NCBI RefSeq assembly: GCF_000013665.1
Contig: NC_007912.1
Coordinates: 4,399,684 to 4,463,683 of the forward strand
Direction of reading: 5' to 3'
Length of the DNA: 64,000 nt
From: Saccharophagus degradans 2-40
Lineage (GTDB): Bacteria > Pseudomonadota > Gammaproteobacteria > Pseudomonadales > Cellvibrionaceae
Below the pieces are notes generated by a model, which saw only the letters and a program-made list of their open reading frames with translations, did not search any database and was not told the DNA's origin. A program made the translations under genes and the position numbers. Below, piece after piece: positions 35,467 to 44,936 of this stretch (position 1 is the stretch's first letter; every line of letters starts with the position of its first letter).

Positions 35467-36648
35467 ATGCTTTCACTACCGCGCAATGTCTGGGTGCTAG
35501 CCTGCACCATATCGTTAACAATGGCTGGAATTTCGCTGCTAATGCTGGTTGGCGGGCTTATTGGTGCCGAGCTTGCGCCCAGCCCAAGCTTGGCCACGCT
35601 GCCCATTGCCGCTTTTGTGGTTGGCATGGCTGCCAGCACTATTCCCGCCACCATGATTCTGAAGCGCTTTGGCAGAAAGGCCGGCACCTATTTTGGTTTT
35701 TCTGCCACCGTACTCGCTGCGCTGTGCGCAATAACGGCCGTGAACAGTCACAATTTTTGGCTTATGGTGTGCTGCGGCTTACTTATCGGCACGGGCACAG
35801 CGTTTTATCAGCAGTTTCGTTTTGCCGCTATAGAAAGCCTATCCGACCCAAGCAATACCGGCCCCGCACTTTCGGCACTTATGCTTTTTAATATTGTGGG
35901 CGCATTAATAGGGCCAGAATTAGGCACGCTCGGCCGCCACATGCTTAGCGGCTATGCAGAGTACACCGGCTCGTTCTTATTATTAATTGGCCTTATTGTA
36001 TTGGCGATGCTGATATTTAGCCTGTTTAACAACCCCATTGCTTCAGCAACAAACACAACATCTAGCGCCCGTCCGCTCAAAGACATTGTTCGCCAACCCC
36101 TGTTTATTATTGCGTTAATTTCCGCAGGTTTTGGTTATGGCTTAATGAGCTTTTTAATGACCTCTACACCGCTTAGCATGCATACCCATCACGGTTACAG
36201 CTTGGCCGATGCTAAATGGGTAATACAAAGTCATTTAGTGGCCATGTTTTTACCCAGTTTATTTTCCGGCTTTTTACTTAAGAAGCTGGGCGAAGGCAAA
36301 GTTATGCTACTGGGCGGAATACTCTACGGTGTGGTTATTCTTGTTGCGTTTGCGGGGCAGGCGTTGATGCATTATTGGTGGGCACTGGTTTTACTTGGTG
36401 TAGGGTGGAATTTTTTATTTTTAAGCGGCACAAGCTTACTACCCAAAACCTATAAGCACGAAGAACGCTTTAAGGCGCAAGCGGTAAACGACTTTATTGT
36501 GTTTACCGTGCAAGCAACTGCCGCACTAAGTGCCGCCTGGGTGCTGTTTGAGTTTGGCTGGCACACGCAAGTGACAATAGGTATTCCACTTACTGTGGTT
36601 ATAATTATTGGCGCTACGGTATTAATAAGGCAACCAAAGAATACATAG
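35467..36648 (+). CDS. MFS transporter (12 TM)
   Basis: Hydrophobic periodicity. An MFS-type motif GRKAGTYFG follows TM2. Its start may lie upstream. The overlapping ORFs 35373-35891 and 35406-35687 are rejected. Confidence 0.75.
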   Translation: MLSLPRNVWVLACTISLTMAGISLLMLVGGLIGAELAPSPSLATLPIAAFVVGMAASTIPATMILKRFGRKAGTYFGFSATVLAALCAITAVNSHNFWLMVCCGLLIGTGTAFYQQFRFAAIESLSDPSNTGPALSALMLFNIVGALIGPELGTLGRHMLSGYAEYTGSFLLLIGLIVLAMLIFSLFNNPIASATNTTSSARPLKDIVRQPLFIIALISAGFGYGLMSFLMTSTPLSMHTHHGYSLADAKWVIQSHLVAMFLPSLFSGFLLKKLGEGKVMLLGGILYGVVILVAFAGQALMHYWWALVLLGVGWNFLFLSGTSLLPKTYKHEERFKAQAVNDFIVFTVQATAALSAAWVLFEFGWHTQVTIGIPLTVVIIIGATVLIRQPKNT

Positions 36649-36657
36649 CACAAGCAA

Positions 36658-37209
36658 CTAGGTGTTAAGCTCTACAATGCTTGTTGATAAGCCATCTATC
36701 GTTGCCTGGTTTTTTTTCGCCCAATATTTCTTTAGGCCTTCGTCACCTTGCTTCACGGCCCAATCCCTAAGCAATTCGCGCTCGCCCACATATTCGAAAT
36801 AAGGTACAGCCATACCGCAAGATGTTTGCAGCATTTCTACCTGCATATCAAATATTTGTCTGGCTCCGGCAATCGGCTCGAATTTGCTGTATAACTCGCT
36901 CCATTCACTGTCGTTTTTATGAATAACTTTTGCTGTACCATATAAACGCATAATAACGGGCTTGCCCTCAAACGCAGAAAACATAACTGTCATACGCGGG
37001 CAACGCTGCACATGGGCTGCAGTTTCATTTCCGCTACCCGTTACGTTTAGCCAAATTACCCTATTGCCACCCAACACCCGAAAGCTATCCATGCCTTTGG
37101 GCGAGATGTTTACGCGGCTGTCTTCGGTGGCCGTACCTACAAAAAATATTTTTTGCGCTTCAATGAATGTTTTATGCTTTTCTAGAATTTCTTGATATTG
37201 CTGTCCCAT
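36658..37209 (-). CDS. Pyridoxamine 5'-phosphate oxidase-like FMN-binding protein (general stress protein 26 family)
   Basis: The translation …FFVGTATEDSRVNISPKGMDSFRVLGGNRVIWLNVTGSGNETAAHVQRCPRMTVMF… is the PNPOx split-barrel pattern. Confidence 0.7.
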   Translation of the reverse strand: MGQQYQEILEKHKTFIEAQKIFFVGTATEDSRVNISPKGMDSFRVLGGNRVIWLNVTGSGNETAAHVQRCPRMTVMFSAFEGKPVIMRLYGTAKVIHKNDSEWSELYSKFEPIAGARQIFDMQVEMLQTSCGMAVPYFEYVGERELLRDWAVKQGDEGLKKYWAKKNQATIDGLSTSIVELNT

Positions 37210-37334
37210 AAATACACCGTAGCTTTTTAGCCAAAACTTTTATTGCATGAACAATGTTTTATGCCGTAATGAGTATCGGTTGACGCAACCAAAACTTTTG
37301 CGCAAGAGCGGCCACCAAATACTAGAACAGTGGC

Positions 37335-37958
37335 TTAATAAGCAGCCACTGGATCTATACGTACACCATTGCCCACTAACTTTAACATTGGCAGGTCACT
37401 ATCGTCGTCGCCAAACGCCCAGCTAGCCGCCAAGTCTATATTATTGTCTAGCGCATAGCGCAGTATACGTGTGCGCTTGGTTTCGCCAATACAGGGGCTG
37501 CCGACAACCTCCCCCGTGTAAACACCATTAATCGTCTCTGGCGTAGTATGTAGCGCGGCATCGATATTAAAGCGTTTAATTAACGGGCGTAAAAGTGGAG
37601 CAAACGAACCTGTTACCAACACAATTCGGTAGCCTTCCGCTTGTAAGCGCTTAATTTCGGCCACTGTAGAGGCGATATAAAAATCGCCAGACTGCTCCAT
37701 TTCTGCGTACCACTTCTCTGCAGCTTTTTCGACTTCCGCTTGCGATACGCCTTTGAATATTGAGAAATAATGACGATTAAGATCCGCTCGAGCTTCATCG
37801 GTGCTTAATTTAGCATATAAACGTTTTAGAAAAAGTGACAATGCAGTCACTTTAATGGTATCGGAAGTATTTAGCTCGAGGTACCGCGCAAAACTCACCA
37901 TACTTTTTGTAGAAATAATGGTGCCATCCACATCGAAAAAAGCTGCTTTATTACCCAT
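37335..37958 (-). CDS. HAD-superfamily hydrolase, subfamily IB (phosphoserine-phosphatase-like)
   Basis: Motif I is FFDVDGTI. Motif II is VLVTGS. Motif IV is GDDDSDLPML. Confidence 0.8.
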   Translation of the reverse strand: MGNKAAFFDVDGTIISTKSMVSFARYLELNTSDTIKVTALSLFLKRLYAKLSTDEARADLNRHYFSIFKGVSQAEVEKAAEKWYAEMEQSGDFYIASTVAEIKRLQAEGYRIVLVTGSFAPLLRPLIKRFNIDAALHTTPETINGVYTGEVVGSPCIGETKRTRILRYALDNNIDLAASWAFGDDDSDLPMLKLVGNGVRIDPVAAY

Positions 37959-38832
37959 TTACATGCACCTCTTGTGACTCTTGTGATGAGGCAACCGCTG
38001 GCTTCGATACATTAGCGCTAGTAACGTTCGCTATAAATTGACCTACAACCACTTCAAAAGCTGTGGGTAAATCCACCTGTATTGCATGCCCTGCACCGGG
38101 GAAAGTAATAACATCTGCTTTTATTTTGTCGTCATTTAACAAGGTATCGTAGTAAGCGCTGTTAAGAAAACGATCGAATTCGCCTTTTAGCATTAAACAA
38201 GGTAGATCACTTTGTTTTAGCAATGCCACTTCATCCAATACCTTGCCCGCACCTAAGCCAGCACCAAGCTGCTCACGAAACTGAGGGTGGGTTGACTCAA
38301 TTAATGTAACTAGCTCTTGTAGCTTATCGATTGACCCTGTTTGCACAAAGGCTTTGCCAAAGCGAGCGCACTCTTGCTCACTCAATTCACCTTTAAACAG
38401 CAAACCATCGGTTGGGTCTGCTAAAAAGGCATCACCCAAGCGAGACAATGCGATAGGTGGCGAAGACACAAGCACCAATCCAGCCGCATTAGAATGCGCT
38501 GGTAGCGACTCCAATAAAGCATGACCACCAAGACTTTGACCAATAAGCACATACTTATCAAAGCCAAAGCTATTTACTACATCAACGGTAAACTCGCCAA
38601 GCTGCTCAATAGTAACTTCAGTAACATCTTCGCGGTAGTAAGCAGATTCACCGTGCCCAGGAAAACTAACCGCGATAAGCCTGTAGGTATCTCCCACTTC
38701 GGATTGCAACAAATCGACATATGCGCTTGCTCCACTTGAGTTACCGTGAAAAATAAACACAGGTGTACCCACGCCGCGCGATTCAATAATTTCTGTGCGA
38801 ATTCCGTTTATTTCTTTGACATACTTATTCAT
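37951..38832 (-). CDS. Alpha/beta hydrolase
   Basis: FIFHGNSSG, GQSLGG (GxSxG), and a C-terminal GAGHAIQ. Confidence 0.75.
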   Translation of the reverse strand: MNKYVKEINGIRTEIIESRGVGTPVFIFHGNSSGASAYVDLLQSEVGDTYRLIAVSFPGHGESAYYREDVTEVTIEQLGEFTVDVVNSFGFDKYVLIGQSLGGHALLESLPAHSNAAGLVLVSSPPIALSRLGDAFLADPTDGLLFKGELSEQECARFGKAFVQTGSIDKLQELVTLIESTHPQFREQLGAGLGAGKVLDEVALLKQSDLPCLMLKGEFDRFLNSAYYDTLLNDDKIKADVITFPGAGHAIQVDLPTAFEVVVGQFIANVTSANVSKPAVASSQESQEVHVNG

Positions 38833-40498
38833 ACATTGCCACCTGTTTTGTTTGGTTACCTATGTTTTTAATTTTCAAACCGCTTATGACTTGCTCACCT
38901 ATAGCCTTTACATCGCTCAGCTTTCTAACCGCGAGGGTGATTCCATCTGGACGAACCACCTGCACCCATTCAGGGCTGGGTGTCTCTGCCTCTAAAAATG
39001 CAGGCAGGCGTAAAAACCGTTGCGGCATGTTAGTTTGCAATTGCACAACAGCGGATCCAGCTGCCTCTTTTTTGCCCCCACTCACAAACCAAACCTGCGC
39101 ACCACTCATACCGTTTAAGGCACTAAACAGCGCCTGTACTCGCAGGCGTAGCTGTGGGTTACTCAACGCGTACTGATTAACAATAAATACCGGCCCAGCT
39201 AACGGGAACACGTCACCATTAGAGGGGGTTAACTTATTAGTGGCATGCAACACGACTGGATTTAATTTTCCCTCTGCCGCGAATACGTTTTGCTCGCTCA
39301 CATCCACCCCCGTATGGGTCGCATTCACTGCATCTAACGTTAACTGCATAGCTAACCCCGAGTGAGCGCTAGGCAACACCTTCTTAAGAAAGGTGCGATT
39401 TACAAAACGTGGTGCTATTAATTGTATTAATCGACTGGTGTTATCTGGTTTACAAATTAGCTGGGTGGAAGTATCAGAGCTAGCTGCTGCCTCCTGAATT
39501 GCAGGTAACCGCTCCAATTGATAAGTATCGAGTAGCTGCGCATCCGACTGCCCGGTAATAACCGCAGCCAATTTCCAACCAAGATTAAAGGCATCTTGCA
39601 TTCCGGTATTCATACCGGTACCGCCTATAGGGCTGAAAAGGTGCGCGGCATCGCCCGCTAAAAAGCATCTATTTTTATGTATGTTTTGCGCAACCCGGTT
39701 ATAAAATGGTGCGCGCGATATCCAAGCTGGGGCCCCCAGCTTAAATCGCTTGCCAAAATATCTAGCCAGTACGGCATTCATATCTTCTACACTTGGCGGC
39801 TCATCGGGCACAGCACCAGAGAACTTAACCACTACCCGCCAGCGCCCTTTAGCAATTGGCACAAGAATAAAAAAAGTATCGGGGTACACAAAATATTGCA
39901 CTTCGTGTTTACCAAATGGGAAATCAATATCGAAATCCCCTAGGGTAAAATGCATGTCGTAGTCGAAACCATCAAAGGCAATATCTAAATGCTTACGCAC
40001 AACACTGTGTTTGCCATCACACCCCACCACATAATCATAGTGCTGCGTTTGCAATTCACCTGCTGGCGATTCGATTTCAACACTTACACCACTAGCGGTG
40101 TCTGTAATGTTTGCAACTCTGTGGCACCACTTTACGCGCACATCCACGTGTAATAGCGCGCTAATCAATTCAGTTTCGGTAACCGCTTGCGGCTGGGTTA
40201 CAAGGGACTGGATAGCCCCCCGTACATGCGCGAAATTAACCGAGCTATAGCGCGCATTTTGCCAGTGCAAATTTAAACGCGAGATTGACATGCCCCGCTC
40301 GCCAACTGGGGTACGGACGCCAATAAGCTTCAGCCCGTACTGACTACTTACGTTCAGGGCAAGGCCTTTACTATCGGAAGTAGGCCCAGCTTTTCTGTCG
40401 ACAATATCAAACGCTACTCCTCGGCGAGCCAGATCGTTAGCCAACGTTAACCCCGTAGGACCGGCACCAACAATTAACACCTTGCGCTGAACATTCAT
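38825..40498 (-). CDS. Class A FAD-dependent monooxygenase (aromatic-ring hydroxylase-like, with a C-terminal thioredoxin-like/dimerisation domain)
   Basis: The translation MNVQRKVLIVGAGPTGLTLANDLARRGV has the GxGxxG motif. The DG and GD motifs are in GDAAHLFSPIGGTGMNTGMQDAFNLGWKLA. Confidence 0.85.
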   Translation of the reverse strand: MNVQRKVLIVGAGPTGLTLANDLARRGVAFDIVDRKAGPTSDSKGLALNVSSQYGLKLIGVRTPVGERGMSISRLNLHWQNARYSSVNFAHVRGAIQSLVTQPQAVTETELISALLHVDVRVKWCHRVANITDTASGVSVEIESPAGELQTQHYDYVVGCDGKHSVVRKHLDIAFDGFDYDMHFTLGDFDIDFPFGKHEVQYFVYPDTFFILVPIAKGRWRVVVKFSGAVPDEPPSVEDMNAVLARYFGKRFKLGAPAWISRAPFYNRVAQNIHKNRCFLAGDAAHLFSPIGGTGMNTGMQDAFNLGWKLAAVITGQSDAQLLDTYQLERLPAIQEAAASSDTSTQLICKPDNTSRLIQLIAPRFVNRTFLKKVLPSAHSGLAMQLTLDAVNATHTGVDVSEQNVFAAEGKLNPVVLHATNKLTPSNGDVFPLAGPVFIVNQYALSNPQLRLRVQALFSALNGMSGAQVWFVSGGKKEAAGSAVVQLQTNMPQRFLRLPAFLEAETPSPEWVQVVRPDGITLAVRKLSDVKAIGEQVISGLKIKNIGNQTKQVAMYE

Positions 40499-40509
40499 AG
40501 CTACACCAC

Positions 40510-41265
40510 CTAAGCAATATCGAGCCGCTGCTCTAGCGCTTCATCTACTCTGCGACAAAGCTCTTTCACAGCTGTTTGCGATTTTTTACTTTCTATTTTG
40601 TTTAGCAAGCGCGAGTTACACAGGGTTACATCTAAGCTAATGCTGCCAATATCCACTCCGCACTGAATGACGGTAGAAGTTACCACCACAGTGATACTTT
40701 TGGCCGATACCTTTAGCTCTTTAATAACCGTGTTAAGTGAAGCAGGGAGCGGAAACAAGTAGCCGTCGAAGCGTGAATCAAACCGATCTAACACCAAGCC
40801 AAAAGACTCGCTAGAATTGCGACAGTATTCGTATTCTAATACTGCAATTGTTGCCTGACGCGCAGCTTCCATTAGCAACATTGCACCTACATGTTGGCCG
40901 GTTACGTGGTCGGACAATCTATCTATTTTGTCGGTTAAACTTAAATCGAACGCATAATTAAGCTTACCTAAACGTCGCGGTTCGGTAATAAGCACATTTT
41001 CTTCCGCGTGCTTATGGGTATCCGCCAACGTAGCAACCGGAGAGAAAGAATACACTTTATCTACGCTTCTATTTTTCAAGGAAGTTTCAATAAATTCTCT
41101 GTCTGTATAGCCAATACCTTGGCCAAATATAAAACTCGCGTTTTCTCCCGGCCAGGTTTTATCGTCTACCATTTCTTTATACAACTCAGAAACGGTAAAT
41201 ACATTTGGTTGTTGAGAAAACTTAGCGTAATCATCCCCAACAATTACATAGTAGTTCGCATTCAT
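40510..41265 (-). CDS. AfsA-like (A-factor biosynthesis hotdog) protein, a putative butenolide/gamma-butyrolactone-type signal synthase
   Basis: The translation ...DHVTGQHVGAMLLMEAARQATIAVLE matches the AfsA repeat signature H-x-P/G-G-M-x-L-x-E-A-x-R-Q. A second hotdog-like half is present. The call is from motif memory, not a database search. Confidence 0.55.
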   Translation of the reverse strand: MNANYYVIVGDDYAKFSQQPNVFTVSELYKEMVDDKTWPGENASFIFGQGIGYTDREFIETSLKNRSVDKVYSFSPVATLADTHKHAEENVLITEPRRLGKLNYAFDLSLTDKIDRLSDHVTGQHVGAMLLMEAARQATIAVLEYEYCRNSSESFGLVLDRFDSRFDGYLFPLPASLNTVIKELKVSAKSITVVVTSTVIQCGVDIGSISLDVTLCNSRLLNKIESKKSQTAVKELCRRVDEALEQRLDIA

Positions 41266-41319
41266 ATTTGTGTGTTCCTATACCAGATCAATTGGTAAAC
41301 GCGTCAATAAATGCGCCTA

Positions 41320-42414
41320 TTAGTTAATATCAAGAGCAAAGGTTTTGGCCATATGCTCGCAATAGTCCATAGATGTATTCATACGTAACATAGAACCGAA
41401 GAATACTTCCTCGCGCGCTTCTACCGATTGCGCAACTGTCGGGCGTATTGCGTTCGTCAACCAGCCATTACCGTGGCGCGCATCAATAGAAATGTGAGTT
41501 TGGTGATACTCTGACGCTTCATCGGATAAACCTAAACGTTTGAAACCGCGTACTAAGTGAGAAAATCGGAAGGGCGAGATAATTTCTACGGTACCCAATG
41601 CACCCAAGCCAATATTTAAGTTCTTGCGGTGTAGTACGGAATAAAGCAATGTATTACCACAAGCCAACGCCTGCCACGAAGCACGCTCGAGTACATCTGC
41701 AAACGTTTCTCCGTCACGATAAATATCTAGCTCGCTGTACAATCGAGAGAACAATTCTGTGTGTACATCCTCTGGAACGCCGTTACCCATTTCATCCCAA
41801 AAGTTACTTGCCAACTCCATTTTGATACCGGGGGTTTTAATACCCACTTGCATCAATGCGATCAAGTCGTCGAAACGCGGGTCAATCGTTACCTCTTGCG
41901 AAAAGAAGTAAGACATTTCTTCTTTTTTACTTTCGTCGGCAAGGTACTGAAACAGAGGATGATTTGAGGAAGGGTGCTTAAGCACATACTGCTTCAACCA
42001 CTTACTAAAGGCTTTAGGCTCTGTAGGAATATCTTCTTGTGGCATACGTTTTTTCTCAAACGCTAACCATGCCGATTCGAGCTTAGCCATCACTTCCATT
42101 AACGTGGGGTCATACTGCGGCGCTTTTGCAAACGCGTTAATTTGATAATCGTAAATAGTGTTTAGTGACTTGTGCAGCTCGAAAGCCATATCTGGGTTGG
42201 CAGGGCCTTCGAAGCGCTCTACCACTACCTTAAGAAGCTGGTCTAAATGCTCTTTTTCTGCTGGATTATTTTGCAATGAATCAAAAGGGTTAGGTCTATC
42301 TAGCAATTGCATAATGGCATGCGAAAGCGTTTGACTGTCTTCCAAGGTAATATTGATTTCTACACTTGGGTCTAAGCTGTCAACCAACGATGGTGATAAT
42401 TCTTCAATGTTCAT
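41320..42414 (-). CDS. Heme-oxygenase-like diiron oxidase/oxygenase family protein (iron-containing redox enzyme family; CADD/PqqC fold)
   Basis: The translation ...ASNFWDEMGNGVPEDVHTELFSRL... and ...HISIDARHGNGWL... shows E-x-x-H metal-ligand pairs typical of the Haem_oxygenas_2 family. Confidence 0.55.
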   Translation of the reverse strand: MNIEELSPSLVDSLDPSVEINITLEDSQTLSHAIMQLLDRPNPFDSLQNNPAEKEHLDQLLKVVVERFEGPANPDMAFELHKSLNTIYDYQINAFAKAPQYDPTLMEVMAKLESAWLAFEKKRMPQEDIPTEPKAFSKWLKQYVLKHPSSNHPLFQYLADESKKEEMSYFFSQEVTIDPRFDDLIALMQVGIKTPGIKMELASNFWDEMGNGVPEDVHTELFSRLYSELDIYRDGETFADVLERASWQALACGNTLLYSVLHRKNLNIGLGALGTVEIISPFRFSHLVRGFKRLGLSDEASEYHQTHISIDARHGNGWLTNAIRPTVAQSVEAREEVFFGSMLRMNTSMDYCEHMAKTFALDIN

Positions 42415-42489
42415 GATCTCTCCTTAAAGATGAATAATGTAAATTTAATAAATATTTAGGTTTAATCTAACGATACTTTTTAGGCAGTA

Positions 42490-43488
42490 TTAGGCGGATG
42501 ACTTTTCAAGTATTTTTTGCGGGTAGCGCGAGCCGACAACAGCATCTGGCGAGAAAATAGTATTAAGCTCTTCGACTACGTTCGGTTCTAACGAAAGTAA
42601 TCTTGAGTCAAAATTATTTTGTAAGTACTTGGGGGTTTTGGAACCAGGGATAATATGAACGTTAGGTGCTTTAGCTAGAACCCACGCCAGCGCCACTTGC
42701 GATACTGGCGCCTGCAATCGCTCGGCAACGCCTTTTAGCTTTTCCACCAACTGCATATTGGAATCAATATTGTCTTCGCTAAAACGAGGCAAGCGCTTTC
42801 TAAAATCTAGGTCGTCACTTACGCCCGCCATAAAGCTTTTATCTATGCTACCGCTTAAAAAGCCGCGCCCTAAGGGACTAAATGCTACGAATGCCACACC
42901 AAGCTCAACACAAAGAGGCAATACACCTAGCTCGGAATCACGCGACCAAAGCGATAATTCACTTTGCACTGCAGCCACAGGGTGAATTTGATGTGCTTTT
43001 GCAAGTTGATCTTCCGACACTTCACACAGGCCAATATTTTTAATCTTTCCTTCTTTTACAAGCGCTTTAAGCGTGCCAATGCTTTCTTCCAACTCTATTG
43101 CTGGGTCCAAGCGGTGTAGGTAGTAAAGGTCAATATATTCAGTATTCAATCGCTTTAAAGATGCTTCACATGCAGCGCGAATGTATTGTTCGGTGCTGTT
43201 AACCGATACGTTATATTTATCATTCACATCTCTAACAATACCGCCCTTAGTACTGATAAATAGCTCTTCACGGTTAATATTTTCTTGGTTTATAAACTTG
43301 CCAACCAATGTTTCGTTGTGGCCGAACCCGTACATGTCTGCTGTATCGAAATGTCGGTAACCTAGGTTGAAGGCTTCATTCAATGTTTGTAATGAGGTTG
43401 CTTCGTCCGCCGCGCCGTAAAATTCGCTCATACCCATGCAGCCTAAACCCACCGCTGGGACTTCTCTGTTACCCAATAATCTAAACAT
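42490..43488 (-). CDS. Aldo/keto reductase (Tas/YghZ-like)
   Basis: The translation LGCMGMSEFYGAADEATSLQTLNEAFNLGYRHFDTADMYGFGHNE has the catalytic D/Y/K/H tetrad context. Confidence 0.85.
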   Translation of the reverse strand: MFRLLGNREVPAVGLGCMGMSEFYGAADEATSLQTLNEAFNLGYRHFDTADMYGFGHNETLVGKFINQENINREELFISTKGGIVRDVNDKYNVSVNSTEQYIRAACEASLKRLNTEYIDLYYLHRLDPAIELEESIGTLKALVKEGKIKNIGLCEVSEDQLAKAHQIHPVAAVQSELSLWSRDSELGVLPLCVELGVAFVAFSPLGRGFLSGSIDKSFMAGVSDDLDFRKRLPRFSEDNIDSNMQLVEKLKGVAERLQAPVSQVALAWVLAKAPNVHIIPGSKTPKYLQNNFDSRLLSLEPNVVEELNTIFSPDAVVGSRYPQKILEKSSA

Positions 43489-43723
43489 AATGATTGCTCT
43501 ACTCGTTAAGTGACTTTTGAATGTATATATTCAGTAAAGCAAGAATAAGCATTTTTATTAGCGTATATAAGTTGGCATATGTTACAGGGCGTATAATCAA
43601 TTATTTGCAGGCATGAGGTTGTTATTATTTTTGTTTGTGGTAGTTGTTTTTTAATATGGACGTTATTTTTTGGAAAAAAAAGAGCGCTAAAGCGCTCTTT
43701 GAAAAAACATAATACTGCTTATA

Positions 43724-44914
43724 TCAGCGGGTAAATACTTTTACATTCGCAGAGGCTCCTATTCTAAATATTGCGCCCTTGTCTTCTGCAATTGATATTT
43801 TTACCGGCATTCTTTTTACCACCTTGGTGAAATTTCCTGTGGCGTTTTCTGGCGGTAAAACACTAAATGTGGAACCACTACCACTAGATATACTCTCTAA
43901 ATACCCCTCGAATACTATTTCTGGGTAGGTATCTATCGTAAATTCAACCTTTTGCCCTTTTTGCATTTTACCTACCTGCGTTTCTTTAAAGTTTGCCTGT
44001 ATCCAGGGATTATCTTGGCAGGAAACAATACTCGCAATAGGCTGCCCTATCTCAATGTAGTCACCACTAGATATTCGTCGATTAGTAATAAAACCCGACC
44101 TTTTTGCCAGAATATTGGTTCGCTTTAAATTAAGAGCCGCCAAATCGTATTCAGCTTGCGCCACATTCACACGGGCCAAGGCGGTATCTACTTTGGCTTT
44201 TGCACTTTTTAGCTGGCTATCTTTAGTTGTCTCCAACGCTTCTAAATTTTTGTTCGCTAAATATACGTTATTTGTTTCTACGTCACGCAAACTTGTTAAA
44301 CGGTTTATTTTAGATTCTATAGATGAGTGCATGGCCTGCTTGGATTCAAACTGGCGCTTGGCGTTTTTGTAATCTGTCTCAGATACCATTTGCTGCTTAT
44401 ATAGCCGACTTATTTGATTGAAGTTTTCTTCCAAGAAGGTCATATCTTTTTTAGACGCGATTAACTCCTGACGCGCCTCCTCGATGGAGGAATCCATAGA
44501 ATCAACAATAGACTGTGCCGATTGCTTTGAAGATTTAGCCCTTTCTATATTGGTATCCAACTCAACCATTATGGTTTTAAGGTTGTTTTGAGCATCAATG
44601 TAGCTTGCCTGCTCGATAGCTAATGCGGCCTCAGACCGCTTTAGCTCGGAAACAAATAAGCTATCTTCTATTTTTACAGCCAAACCCGTTTTTTCTATCC
44701 ACTGATCATCGGTAAAAGTAATAGTATCTATTACACCGTTTACTTCAGATACCACATCAATAAGATCGCATTGCACCGTTGCATTATCGGTGGACTCAAC
44801 ATTGCGCGTAGCGTAGCTCCACGAACTAATAGTGAGAACCACAACAAAGATAACAAGCCCAACTTGATAACGATGATCGGAAAGTAATGGATTCAAATAT
44901 TTCATAAGTCTCAT
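43724..44914 (-). CDS. HlyD/EmrA-family membrane fusion protein
   Basis: An N-terminal TM, then a long coiled-coil, then a lipoyl/beta-barrel C-terminus (…QANFKETQVGKMQKGQKVEFTIDTYPEIVFEGYLESIS…). It lies downstream of the EmrB-like gene. Confidence 0.8.
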   Translation of the reverse strand: MRLMKYLNPLLSDHRYQVGLVIFVVVLTISSWSYATRNVESTDNATVQCDLIDVVSEVNGVIDTITFTDDQWIEKTGLAVKIEDSLFVSELKRSEAALAIEQASYIDAQNNLKTIMVELDTNIERAKSSKQSAQSIVDSMDSSIEEARQELIASKKDMTFLEENFNQISRLYKQQMVSETDYKNAKRQFESKQAMHSSIESKINRLTSLRDVETNNVYLANKNLEALETTKDSQLKSAKAKVDTALARVNVAQAEYDLAALNLKRTNILAKRSGFITNRRISSGDYIEIGQPIASIVSCQDNPWIQANFKETQVGKMQKGQKVEFTIDTYPEIVFEGYLESISSGSGSTFSVLPPENATGNFTKVVKRMPVKISIAEDKGAIFRIGASANVKVFTR

Positions 44915-44936
44915 ATCCTAGTGACTAACAAATCAA

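Noticed and set aside
35373-35891. 172-aa plus-strand ORF and 93-aa minus-strand ORF overlapping the start of the MFS gene
   Set aside because: The Cys/His/Arg-rich translations are typical of an out-of-frame reading of a GC-rich membrane-protein gene. The MFS frame is supported by TM periodicity.
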